The notes under the pieces: model-generated
Database searches by the model: none
Told to the model about the DNA's origin: nothing
Seen by the model: only the letters and a program-made list of their open reading frames with translations
DNA from: Phaeosaccion multiseriatum
Lineage: Eukaryota > Protista > Ochrophyta, other classes
NCBI GenBank assembly: GCA_965112735.1
Contig: OZ218951.1
Coordinates: forward strand, 248,001-312,000
Direction of reading: 5' to 3'
DNA length: 64,000 nucleotides
Position numbers and translations under genes: made by a program
In this document: piece by piece, positions 49,301-61,649 of the stretch
Numbering within the stretch: position 1 is the stretch's first letter
Layout: every line of letters begins with the position of its first letter

Positions 49301-49765
49301 CGCTCCTGACACGAGGTATTGCGGGTCTCACCGTCTGACTGTTCGAAGCATGACTCACAGCCGGCCTCCCTCCCTCCCTCCCTCCCTCCCTCCCTCCCTC
49401 TCTCTCTCCCTCCCTCCCTCCCTCCCTGCCTCCCACTCACCCCCCGTGCCCAGCGCGGTTTGCAAGAGGCTGCGCATATCTGCACTCATCATGACGTTCA
49501 TGTCGGCATCGCGCCGCTCTCGGGCATCACGCTTGCGCTGCTTCTCCTTCTGGACCTGGGGCAGCAACGGAGTGAGTGGGACCATCGATTATCCATATCG
49601 ACCTCGATATTTGATGTCGGGCTCTATGTCGGGACTCTCTCCTTGACATCGGTCAAGTCCGTCTGAAAGAAGCGAATGCTGTATTGAATGGTGCACACAC
49701 TCACATAACACATTCAACCACAAACACGCTCACGCACGGACGCGCACAAACACACACACGCACAC

Positions 49766-49822
<57 letters not shown>

Positions 49823-51924
49823 CACTCAAACACATGCGCACATACACACCTTCCTTTTCTCCGCGTAGGCCCTGTCAGACTCGTACTTGGAAGAGAATTT
49901 GCGCTCGGACTAAACAGGGGCATGGAATTACAGGGGCATGGCATGAAGACATAGCAGGACGGTTGGGCATGGGTAGAAAGGGCACGAGGATGATAACAAC
50001 AGCATTGGGCACGAGGACAGCAGCGGCAGGGAGAGAGAAAGCAGCAGGAGCAGGGAGGAGGTGAGATTCGTCGAGTCTTCCTTCCGTCAATCCTTCCGAC
50101 TTCCCCCTGCTCTTCTCAGACCCCCTTCCTTCCTTTCCTCCCTTCCTTCCCTTCCTTCCTTCCTTCCTTCCTCCGCCCTTCGTCATTGCCTTACCGAGAG
50201 CACCACAGGGGCGGGGGGTTGCAACTTAGCAGGAGCCGACCTTTCCCCTTCATCTTCCTGGCCTGTCCCTGCAGCCGTATCACCAACTGCCGCAGCTGGG
50301 TCAGCTGCCTTGGCTGCAGGAGTGCCCCACATGCTGTCTCCGAGGCTGTTCTCGTCTGCCTCTTTGGCAGCAGCGGCGGCAACAGCGGCGGCTTTCCTCT
50401 CCTTCTCCGCGAGTGCCGCCGCTGCTGCCTTGCCAGTTGCCTTGACTGCAGAACCTCCCTTGGTCGGGGCTGCACAGGGTGAGGGGAAGGGAACGAACAA
50501 GAGGACAGAGGCCATGGGCAGGCATATGGGCATATGGGCGTACGGGCATGGTGTAGGCACGAATATTGTGGGCGCGACGCGGAGACTTGCTGGGGTGGGT
50601 GGTGAGGGCAGGCAGGCTCAAGCACTATGGGTTGGTAGCTCCAAGCAGAGTGCCGGTATGCAAAGCCTAACAGCTCCCTCGCTCCCTCCCTCCCTCCCCC
50701 CCTCCCCCCCCAACTCACCCTTAGCCTTCTGCGCTGCCTGACTCTCCAGCCAAGTAGTGCGGTAGGGCTCTGGCAGCTTGCGCTCCAAAGGTAGTGTGCC
50801 CTGAATGGTGAGCAGAGCGAGGAGCGCGGCGTGCTCCTTCGCAGACGCCTACATAGGGGGTATAGGGGGGCGTGTGTGTGTGTGTGCGTGCGCGCGTTGG
50901 TGCGAGGGGGGCAGGTGTGTGTATGTGTGTGTGGTGCTCTCTCTCTCTCCTTGTCCAGTGAGTGAGTCTGTCTCGGACCCCGATCTGCCGCCGCACACCA
51001 CCCTAACCCTAACACCACCCCTTGTTGGCATTCGAGCCCCCTGTGCATCTCTCTTCTCTCTGCCTGCTCTACCTCCCCTCGCCAATGGACCCTTACGCGC
51101 CTTGTTACGTAATGAGTTACGTACCATGTTGTCGAAGTCCTGTGAGGGGACGAAGATGAGATCTTTGTTGCTGTTCTTAGGGTCAGGCAGCACGAGACGG
51201 AAGCGCCACCGATCTGCCTTAGAGGCACGTTGCTTGTCATAGCGGGGTCGAGGCCTCTTCTGCTTCTGGCAGTGCTCTTGCACGAACTAGATAGGAGAGA
51301 CCAGCACCAGTACCATGGAAGGGTAGGAAGGGGAGGGGAGGGGGGATATGGACGTGGGAAGAGGGCTCTGCGCACCAGGCCTGCCTCGAGGAGAGCGCGT
51401 GTGCTACACCGCTTGCATATCGTATACAGTGTCAATGGGGGGGAAAGATCGGGCACTCGTGGGGTCAAGGATGGGCATGAGAAGTGCCCCCCAACCCAGT
51501 GCCTTGCCCATCTTGCGCCCGTAAAAGACAGCGGGAGAGAGAGAGGCGCCTTCCACAGGCTCATGGGATAGAAGGCCTTCATATGCATCGCTGTAAGCCC
51601 CACTCACGCACCTGCATGGGCATGCGCTGCCAGGACTGTACCACCACCCCATCGGCCAGCTCCACGGGGCCTTTGTCCGACTGCGTGGTGCCGGCCCCCC
51701 TTCGCACGGAGACAGGGAGACGGGAGTGTGAGCAGAAGAGACCGGGGGAGCGGGCGCTTCTACTTCAGTACGAGACCTCTTCTTCTCACTCACCGCTGCT
51801 TGTGTCCACGTGGGGGGCGCTTCTTCTTGCCGTCGCTTGTGAACACCACGCCGATATCCTCAGGCGGTGGAGGCGGAGCAGCAGGCTTGCTACTGCTACT
51901 GCTGGCACCCCCCTTCTTGCCCAT
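36456..51924 (-). CDS. DEAH/RHA-family ATP-dependent RNA helicase, DHX57/Ucp12(YLR419W)-like, many exons
   Basis: [109 protein letters not shown]; HA2 [12 protein letters not shown]; SDHLL; OB-fold HPASVN; RWD-like ELEALEAIF...YP; N-terminal dsRBD-like [15 protein letters not shown] (MGKKGG) at 51924. Confidence 0.9.
43480..43950. repeat. Intronic 19-bp minisatellite (GGGCAGGGCAGAGGTGTAT) followed by (GAGT)n
   Basis: Directly visible. Confidence 0.9.
44730..45262. repeat. Intronic (GAGAGG)n hexamer array
   Basis: Directly visible. Confidence 0.95.
48943..49138. repeat. Intronic (GGGAA)n pentamer array
   Basis: Directly visible. Confidence 0.95.
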
Positions 51925-52597
51925 CCTTCCGCCCCGAGGAAGGGGGATATGGCTCTCTCATTACAACACGCAAAGATATCCATCTGTGAAAAGCCTTGAC
52001 GCAAGCAAAAATTCCGCAAAAAATTGCGGGCCGTGGCAGCCGTGCGTTCAAAAAGATTTAGGATTTTATATGTCCGTGGCAGCAGACACAGAGTTCATGT
52101 GTTAGTGACGCTAGGTGTGTGTGTATGTGTGTGTGCGTGCGTGCGTGTGAGTGTCTGTCTGTGTCCCTGTCCGTGTCCGGCCTTGAACGTGCCGTAGTTG
52201 ATAGGATATCGTGGGAGAGTGCCCGATAGAGTAGAGTGAAAGGAAAAGGAGAGAAGGAAACTTGGGGTGATTCATGGACTATGCTCGCATTGAAAGGACG
52301 GCGCGAGCAGCAGGAGCAGCTGGATACACGCCGAATGATCAGTTTTGAGACGAAGCCCTGGTGGGGCGTCTATAGGCCGGCAGAGAGAGCGGCAGAGAGA
52401 GCGGCAGAAGCTGCCCTGTCCGCCCCAAGGACCTTGCATCTATCGAGTCTACTTCATTGAATGTGTGTGAGACGCGTCCACCTCTCGCTGGACAAGAAGG
52501 GGGGGAAGGACAGACGCTAGATCTGTTTGCTGACGTACTGCAGATCTTGTCCGCTTGGGCGATGGGACCGCCCCAAGCCCCTTGCTAAGGCTTTCAA
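51925..52597. promoter_or_regulatory. Putative bidirectional promoter between the helicase and EPC-like genes
   Basis: Head-to-head start codons ~670 bp apart with an AT-richer patch near 52000-52070; inferred from position only. Confidence 0.4.
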
Positions 52598-55500
52598 ATG
52601 CCAACCCGCAGTGGTGGCTCGACCTCGGCAGCGGCAGTAGTCGTGGCAGCAGCCACCGACGGCAGAGCAGCAGCTTCTTCATCAGACAGCGCCGTCGGGG
52701 AGGGGCTGTGGGGAGCAGGCACGTCCCCAATAGCGACAATGGGAGGGCGAACATTGGCAGCCTCGCCCTGTACTCGCAGCAACGGTATCGCTGACGGTAC
52801 CAGGGCTGGCAATGACACGACAATTGCCACGAGAGCGAGTGGGGCGCGAGTGGAGGGCTCGGCCCCAAGCCAAGGACCGCCTTCCAGCGTTGGAAAGAGA
52901 GGGAGAGGAAAGGCACTGTCGCTCTCAGCACCGCCAGCAGCAGCAGCAGCAGCAGCTGTAGGAGCACCAGCAGCGGAGAGAGTACTAGCGGTAGGAGGGA
53001 CAGCGGAATCACTGCTAAGCGCTCCAAGTGCTTCCTCTCGTCTCTCCCCCACGGCATGCCCAGACAGCCCCAGGCAGGGCAAGAGGAAGAGGGGGAGGCC
53101 GTATGCGAGGGACAAGGGAGAGCGCACGAAGGAGGAGGGCTATCCCACCGCCCCCAGCAGAGGAGGCCGGCAGCGAGTGACCAGCAGACGCCTCAGCCCG
53201 GGCGGCCCATCCCCCCCCGATGTCGGAGACCCCACTTGGTCCAACTTCAACTTCAACTCAACAACTCCCGGCGAGGGTAGGGATGCGACCCCCGCGGCGC
53301 CGACGGGTAGGACGAGAGCAGCAAATGGTCGGGGGCGCGGCGCTACGGGCGGCAGCAGCAGGGACGGTGGCGGGGCGTTTGGGGAGGGAGGGGGTGCTTC
53401 AGACAAGACTTCCTCGCTGCACCAGCCGCAGCCTCTGTCGCTGTACGACTTGTCACAGCCCTTCGGCAGCAGCCCTCGCTCTTCTCCGCATCCGGGGGGT
53501 GCTGGGAGTGCATCACCCTTCCCGGGGGGGGGGCGTGTTGTGCGCACGAGACCGATTGACGTGGACAAGAAGCTCTTTGTTGTGTTCCCCAATGACGACC
53601 TCACAGCCCTGCTAAGGTAAGTCAGTGAGGAAGAGCGTGTGTGTGTGTGTCCGGATGAGGGAGCTCCCTTCTTTGTTGGGGGCTGGAGAGGAGAGGAGAG
53701 GAGGCCCATGTGCTTGAGAATGGTACAAGTGTCGTCTTGCTGAATCATCACGGCCCCATTCTTTTCCGCATTGCCATGTCCCGCCCCTCTCCATGGGTCC
53801 TCCCTCTCTGTCATTCACATCTTCCCCCCCTCCCTGCTTCCTTGTCGCTCCTCCTTAGGCGGCACGAGGAGCTGGACTTGGGCCTGCCCCCCGGGGCAAG
53901 CGCAGCGGAGCAACATGACGCGCTGGAGTCCCTCAAGAAGGCCATCGGAGAGGAGGAGGAGGAAGGGGGGGAGGGGAGGGAGGAGGGAGAGGGGTCAGCA
54001 GCCGGGGGGATGGCAGTCGACGGACAGCAGCGCTTCAGCACAGGGCCCAGAGGAGACAGCTTCCCAGCCACCGAAGGAGACGACGGGGAGGTGCTTGGGG
54101 CTACGAACAAAGGAGGAGGGACAGGGGCAGGATGGGTAGAGTCGGGAGGTGGACAAGGAGGAGGGGGAGGAGGAGGAGGAGGAGGAGGAAGAGGAGGGGC
54201 AGCGGAGGCCGGGAAGGGCAAGGGTAGCCTTGAGCTCCTGTCCCCCCTGGGCCGGAAGGGACAGGAACAGGCACACGCCCACGTGGCGGCCAGCAAGAGC
54301 ACAACCAAAAGTAAGAGCAAGGGCAAGAGCAAGGAGGCGTTGGTGCCACCCCCCCCTTCCTTGCAGTCGCCAGTCACGCGCTTGACCTCCGAGGGGCGCA
54401 GCCTCCCCGTGGCCAAGCCTGACGAGGACCTCGATGGGGACATATCAACGGCTCCAAGGGGGGAGGTCTTTGTGCCGCGCTTCCATCTCGTGGGTACACC
54501 CGCTCCCACAGCCCCCGCCACAGGGCCTCCAACAGGTCCAACAACGGCTGTACCACCACCTGCTCCTCCCACTCTGATCTCTTCCCCCCCGCCGCCGGTG
54601 CCGGTGCCGCTGCCGCAGTCGGATGGCGTGAAGTTTGCCACAACGGTGGGACCTGTGGGGGGCCCTCTCGGAGGAGCTGTTGTTGGATCTGTGGCGGGAG
54701 CGGCGGCTGTACCACCAACTGCTGCTGCTAATACTGCCATTGCAGGGGGACTGCCGGTGCAGACTGGTGGCGCTGTGCCGCCACTGCCTTACGGTGGTGC
54801 TTTTGCTGCCCCCCTTGTGGCTGGCGCTGGTGCTGCTGCTGCTGCTGCTGGTGCTGCTGGTGCTGGTGCTGCTGCTGCTGGGGTTGGTGCTGCTAGCGTG
54901 AGCACCAATGGGGGCGCTCTCCTGTCATCGCCGCCCCTCATGAGTCCGTTGGCGACGGCCACACAGATGCAGACAACGCCAACGACAACGACAACACCAT
55001 CTGTGCCCTCTGGAGCCTCTACGTCCAATGGCTCTGTCGTTAGTGCCTCTGTGGGCGGCGTCGGTACGTGGGCTGGGGCAGGGGCAGGGGCTGGGATAGC
55101 ACAGCAGAGCCACACACACAGCAACGGATTCCAACACGCCCCCGGAGGCGTCGCCAGGCTGCAAGCAGGGCAAGCAGGCCAAGCAGGGCTCACAGCAGCT
55201 CTTGCAGGAGGAATTGCAGGAGCAGCAGGAGCAGCAGGAGCAGGAGCCCCAGCCGCAGGTGTGCCCAAGCCCTTCGGTGTGTGGGACAAGGAGCTTCTCT
55301 ACACGGATTACGACCTTGACAGCGAAGACGAGGCCTTTGTCGAGGGGGTGTGCAGGAGGTATACACGCCCAGCCACGGCAGGTGCGAGTGCAAGTGCAAG
55401 TGCAAGTTCAAGTTCAAGTTCAAGTGCGCCAATCGCCAGTGGGCCAACAGTCTGTGCGCCCATATGGAGTAACGGGGTGGGGGGCGGAGGGGCAGTGGTG

Positions 55501-57173
55501 TACGCCAATGGTCATGGTGGCACCCAGGGCGGCGGCATCCAGGGGTGCGTACCCCAGGGGTGTGTGATCCAGGGGGGTGTGATCCAGGGGGGTGTGACCC
55601 AGCTGGGCATGACCCAGGGGGTAAACACACACCCACGCCACCCCCTGCTGTCTGTGGATATGTTCGAGCTGCTGATGGGCAGGCTCGAGAGAGAGAACTT
55701 CGTTGTCGCGCAGGACAGAGTGCTTTACGACGAGGTGAGGGGGGAGGGGGGGGGATGGCAGTTGACGGGGAGGGGAAGAAAGGAGGGCGGAAAGAGGTGG
55801 GCGTGCATACATGAGTAGATAGAGGCCTACGCCTATACACTAGCGTTGTGGCCGCCTCCGTTGGACAGACTGACTGACTGAGCTGCCACATTGCCGCTCT
55901 GCCTCACCTCCCCACCCACCCACCACCTCCACAGGGCATCCGCGTGGGGGAGGAGAACGAGGAGACGCTGATCCGGGTGAACAAGACGCTCCAACACGCC
56001 AAGGCCTTCCGTCAGTCAGGCGAGGGGGGGACAGGGGCCCAGGGGGTGGCGGGCCCAGGGGGGGAGGTGTCCCCAGGGGGGGCAGTGGCGGCGGTGCTGG
56101 CCCTGCAGGAGGGGGCAGCGGCGGGGGAGGCCTCCCACTCGGCCGCGGACGTTACAGGTGAGAGGCAGGCAATGTGAATCGGAATAGGGTACCGTTTATG
56201 AGAAACAATGGAAATCCTCCTCTAACTGCCACGTGCCATCTGCTGCCCTTTCATCTTCTGTCTGCTTTGTCTTGTGCGTTCCTTTACGATAGCGGCGGCG
56301 GCGGCAGCAGCGGCGTTGGACGTGGACGCGAGAATGCGCTCATCACCAGACTGGATCTTGCGAACGGCAAGCAGTGGTTCAGGCAGTATAGCAAGCATGG
56401 GCATCAGGGAGGAGGAGGAGGAGGATGAAGAGGAGGACGGCGAGGTGGAGACCGGAGACGGGGGCGGAGAGAGGGTGAGTGATGGAGCCGCAGCAACAGC
56501 AGCAGCACCACCACCACCGGCGGTTGGTGATACGGCAGCTGGCAGACGTGACCTCCCCCAGAAAAACGCCGAAGCGCCGCTCTCGAACCCCCAGTCAGCT
56601 CCCCTCAGCCTCGGCCGCGAAACCTTTCCGGTGGCGGCGGCTCCGGAGAGGACCGCATCAGATGCCTCTTCCACTCCATCAGTGACCGGAAACAGCCACA
56701 CCAACGGCCACAGCAACGGCCACAGCAACGGCTTACTGGGGAACGGCAAGGTCGGGAAGGGATTGGTCGGCAACGGAGTGCGGCCGCTCAAGTACCAGCG
56801 CAGTGCCAGTTTGGCAAGTATGGACCTCGAGAGCCTTGCCCCCTCGGGAATGAGCCGCAAGGACTCAAGGGCCCTGCGTAAGCTTCAAGTGCGTGCACGT
56901 GCACAGCTCTGCAGGCATCTGCACGACGACGTGTTGTCCAGGGGCAGGGCGGTGCAACTGCTGAGGCCGCTGCTGTATCACCAAGTGCCACGGCTGTCTG
57001 TGGCCTCGCTGGGCTCGTCGGGCTCGTTGGGCGCTTTGTCGGGGCAACCGAGGCAGAGGACAGAGGTTCAGCAGCCGCAACAGTTGGTGATACAACACCA
57101 GCAGCAGCCGCCGCCACAGCAGTTGGTGATGCAGCAGCAGCAACAGCAGCAGCAGCTGCAGCAGCAGCAGTTG

Positions 57174-57210
<37 letters not shown>

Positions 57211-57229
57211 TGGCGATACAGCAGCGGCA

Positions 57230-57260
<31 letters not shown>

Positions 57261-57356
57261 CAGCAAATGACAGTACAGCAGCAGCAGCAGCAGCAGCAGT
57301 GGGCGATACAGCAGCGGCAGCAGCAGCAGCAGCAACAACAACAGCAGTTGGCAGTA

Positions 57357-57389
<33 letters not shown>

Positions 57390-60300
57390 AATGGTGCCGT
57401 GGGAGTAAGGGTAGGGGCAGGGGCAGAGGGAAAAGCAGGAGTGAGTGTCACTAGCCAGCAAGTCCAACCCCAGCAGGTTCAGCCCCAGCAGGTGCAGCCA
57501 GCAGCCAACACGTCAGTCAACATGGTAGCCAACACAGCACTGACCCCACACAGCAACGGAGGAGAGCCTCAGGCATTGTCCTCCAATGGCGTTGTGTGTG
57601 GACCGTCTCCGTCCTGCCCATCTTCCCCATCTCCGTCTCCGTCGCCGGCTGTGTGGGGTGGAGCAGCAGGGGTGGCAGTTGGTGGTACAGCAGTTGGTGG
57701 TACACCAGTTGGTGGTACAACAGTTGGTGGCACAGCAGCAGCAGCAGCGGCAGCGGCAGTGGAGGAGCAGCTCCTGGGAGAAGTGTACATGCATTGGAAG
57801 GGCAAGCGGGAGAGGAGCAGCGGCCCCCTCTTGCGCTGCTTCCATCACTTCAGCCTCATGGAGAAGTGGACACATGGGGGACAGGAGCCCGGGGGGGTGC
57901 GGCCAGAGGAGAGGAAGGAGGACGTGCTAGAGGCTTTTCACACGGTGAGTTTGTGTGTGTGAGTTTGTGTGTGTGTGTGTGTGTGTGTGTGCGTGCATAC
58001 ATATATAGTATACAGTTGTAAATAGGAAGAAGAGAAGAGAGAGGGGTTCATTCCCCTTTTCGTCCTCGCCCTCTCTTCCTCGTGCTGCCCCCCCCCCCCT
58101 CACCGCCTCGTGCAACACCCCACTCGACCCTTGCCTCCCTCTCCCCTCCCCCCCCCTCCTCTCTTTGCCTCCCTCTCTCCTCCCTCTCCCCTCCCCTCCC
58201 CTCCCCTCCTCTCTTTGCCTCCTCCTCCCCTCCCTCTTCCTTTCAGATCCAGCGCCTTCGGAGAGACTTGGACAAAGCTCGTCTGCTGCTTGACGTGGTG
58301 AAGAAGCGCGAGAAGCTGAAGCGAGAGCTCGTCAGGGGCACCGTGGAGGAGTGGGACACGCTGTGCGGCGCTGCTCTCCTCGCGGGCGGAACGCAAATGG
58401 CAGAGGCGGATGTGCATGTGGCAAGCATGGATGTGGATGTGGATGTATCGGGAACCACTGAGTCTGAGACAGCGGCGTCGGGAGCAGCGTCGGGCGTAGT
58501 AGCGCCGAAGCAAGAGGAGCATGAGGAGGACGAGGAGGACAAGGAGGAGAGGCGAGAAGAGGCCTGTCGCCTCCGTCTGAAGGCACTGCTGAAGCTCGAC
58601 TCTCCTCAGGCACCCGGCAGCATGAGCGATGGTTGGAGGTATATGGGCCCTCCCCACGTGCCGCAGGACGACGTACCCGAGAGGGTGCTGCTGCTCAGGC
58701 AGAAGGTACGCTTACGTAATCTTACTATACGGGGGGACGGGAAGAAGGTTCGGGGAACGCTCCGGTTGGGGAGGGACGAAGGTCTTGTCCCTTTCTCGCT
58801 TCCCTGCTTCTCTACCGCCCCCCCCCCAACCAACCCCTTCCTGCTCTGCTGCTCTGCTCTCCTCCTCACTCTGGAACAACAGGAGCAAAAGCACTTGCAG
58901 AGGCAGCAGCAGAAGGAGAAGCAGCGCCAGGTGCGGCAGCAGCAGCGTCAGCAGCGCCAAAAGGGGCAGCAGGACCAGTTGGTGGCACAGCAGCAGCAGA
59001 CACAGCCGCACCACGTCCAGCTCCAGCACCAGCAGCAGCAGTTGGTGATGCAGCAGCAGTTGGTGATGCAGCAGCAGCAGCAGCAACAACAACAGCAGTT
59101 GGTGATACAGCAGCAGCAGCAGCGGCAGTTCGATCTGGACTTGATACCGCTCATCGAGGACGGGGGCGGGGCGAGTGGTATGAACGGCATCGGTTTGGCC
59201 CCCAACGCCAACGCCAATACGGCGGCCCTCGCACAGATGCCCATCCAAATGCCCAATCAGGGGCCCAATCAGAGGCCCACCCAGGTACCCAATCAGATGC
59301 AGGGCTCAGCAGCGGAGGACGCACACGCCTTCGGGGCCGGGCTGGGGCTGGACGAGGGACTCGGGCTCGGCCTTGGCATAGGCAATGGCAATGGAGGCTT
59401 CATGGGAGGAATGGAGGGGGCGGTGAGGCTGCTGGAGGGGGAGGAGGACTCGTGGGCCTTGCAGCAGGAGGGAGTGGGTCTCCAGCGCCTCGGGGAGGGT
59501 GAGGGGGAGGACCACCTTGCCCTGCATCTGCCGACAACTGTGAGTCGCGGAGGAGGACAAGGGCTAGGCACCGGGCCAGGGGCAGCAGCAGCAGCAGCGA
59601 CAGCAGCAGTTGGTGATACAGCAGCAGGATCCACAGGAGGGATGGTGCGAGGGCGGAGAAAGTCAGCAAAGGGCGGCGACTCTCAGACGGTGGTGAAGGG
59701 CCTTCCCGCTGGTTCTGGTGCTGCTTCTGCTTCTGCTGCCGACCCCTTTAGCGGTGGCGGCTCCGGCCGGAAGAACTCAGCCTCAGGCTCATGCGCAAAG
59801 CCGCGGGTTCGCGCGAGGAAGACGACGGAGAGGAAGACGCCGGGCCCCAAGCCAGGCACCAAGCGGCGCGGGGGAGCAGCAGCAGCAGCAGGAGCAGCAG
59901 CAGTTGGTGATACAGCAGCGGCGGGAGGCTGGGCGGGAGCCCAAAGCCCCTTACCCCATATACACATGGCCCTGGGTAACGGCAGTACCGGTCAGAGCAA
60001 CGACAACAGTTACCACGCCTTCGACCCGCTCTCAGCGGCCCTCATGGTCTCTGCAGACGGGGCACAGAGCAGCTTGGAGGGCAATGAGGGTAACAAGGGA
60101 GCGGGCAGGGGAGGCAGGGGAGGCAGGGGAGGCAGCAGCGCCACTAGTCGCTCCACGACTAGCAGCAGCGGCAGCAGCAGCGGCAGCGGTGGTGGCGAAG
60201 GCAGTAGCGGTAGCGCGAGCAAAGGGCGCGGCGGCGGGGGGCGAGCAGCGAAGGGCGCAACGGCAGCGGCGGTGAAGAAGGCCAGCAAGGCGCATGCTAA

Positions 60301-60808
60301 AGCCAAACCGACCAAAGCAAAGCCCAAGACGGGTCGTATCACTCGTGTGTACGTGCAAGGAGGAGGGGCGGAGGTGCCCGCGGCGGTGGAGGGGGACAGG
60401 AGGGTGTTCAAGATGTGGACGGCGGAGGAGGACGCGCTGCTGTTGGGTGGGGTGACTCGTCACGGGGCCAGCAACTGGACTGCCATCCGGGTGAGCACGG
60501 GTCTGACGCGTAACAGCGCTCAGATGAACCAGCGCTACGCACGTTTGTTGAGGAAGATTAAGGCGCAGGGGGAGGAGGATCAAGCCGCCGACGCCAATGG
60601 CAGCAACAGCAACAAGGGAGACAGGGCAGGGGAAGGGGTAGGGGCGGGGCTGAGCAAGGCGCAGCAGGTGGCGATGCAACGGGAGCATCAGCAGCAGCAG
60701 CCGAAGGAGCAGCCGCAGCCGAGGAAGCGGGACCGAGACCGAGACAGAGACCGAGACAGAGACCGAGACAAACCGCCGCGAAGGTCGTACAAGAAGAAGC
60801 AGGGCTAG
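52598..60808 (+). CDS. Enhancer of polycomb-like (EPL1/EPC) chromatin protein with polyQ tracts and a C-terminal Myb/SANT domain
   Basis: EPL1 motifs RPIDVDKKL.V, YDLDSEDEAFV, FELLMGRLERE, VYMHWKGKR...PLLR, LRRDLDKARLLLDVVKKREKLKRE; Myb WTAEEDALLLGGVTRHGASNWTAI...RNSAQMNQRY. Exons ~52598-53616, 53859-55734, 55935-56157, 56293-57944 and 58247-60808 (possible extra intron ~58706-58882). Confidence 0.82.
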
Positions 60809-61649
60809 ACTATTAGATTCGATAGAGAGCAGAGAGCTGGACGTAAGCCTGGCCTACCAGTAGCCCATACATGCGATGGCTTTACCTAAGGGACGCAGAC
60901 ACCGCCGCTGCGTCTGGGCCGGACAGGGACAGCGACAGGGGGCTTGAGAGGAGCCGCTGGGGGGAAGGAGAGCGCCAGTGATGGGTGGGCAGAGGCCGTC
61001 AGCGGAGCACCGCCCCAGTCAGGACGGTCAGAACCCAGACAGGAGGCGTTCCATCTTTCTCGTAACCTCACCCCATTACGAGCAACCATCTCATCAACAA
61101 CAGGAACGACAGTAACAACAACCAACAATAGCAACAATACTCAAACTCAAACTAAATTATATATTATATGATGGCGTTGCACTTGCTGGTCTCTTGCCTG
61201 AATGCGTCGACACCACCGAATATACTCCACGGTGCATGTGCGCTCCAACTACAATGCCGCTGCGCTCGTTTCGTGGCGCTCTCGTCGTCTCCTCTCCCTG
61301 GCGCTTTCTCGCCTTTCTCGCTCCCTACTCTCCCTTGCCTTGTCTCTCCGCCTTTCACTCAGTCCTCTACCCCTTCTCTCTCGCCCTCCATCACCCCGCT
61401 CTTCCTCCCGCTCTCAGTATGTACATGTACGTACGCAAACCCTTGTCCGCTCGCTCTCCCATCGCTTACTCTTCTCCTTCGCCCTCTTTTGTCTCTTGGA
61501 GTATCTACTGGCTCCTCTTCACCTTCTCGCGATGTTTCGAAAGCCTTCAAGCCTGACTTCCTCCCTACGCACACGACCCCTGAGGGAGCGGCACACAGCC
61601 GCACACAGCCGCACACAGCCAGACTAGCGAGAGCAGCAGATGCAGCTCG

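Noticed and set aside
56865-59256. Poly-Cys and poly-Leu minus-strand ORFs
   Set aside because: Antisense of the CAG polyQ tracts in the EPC-like gene
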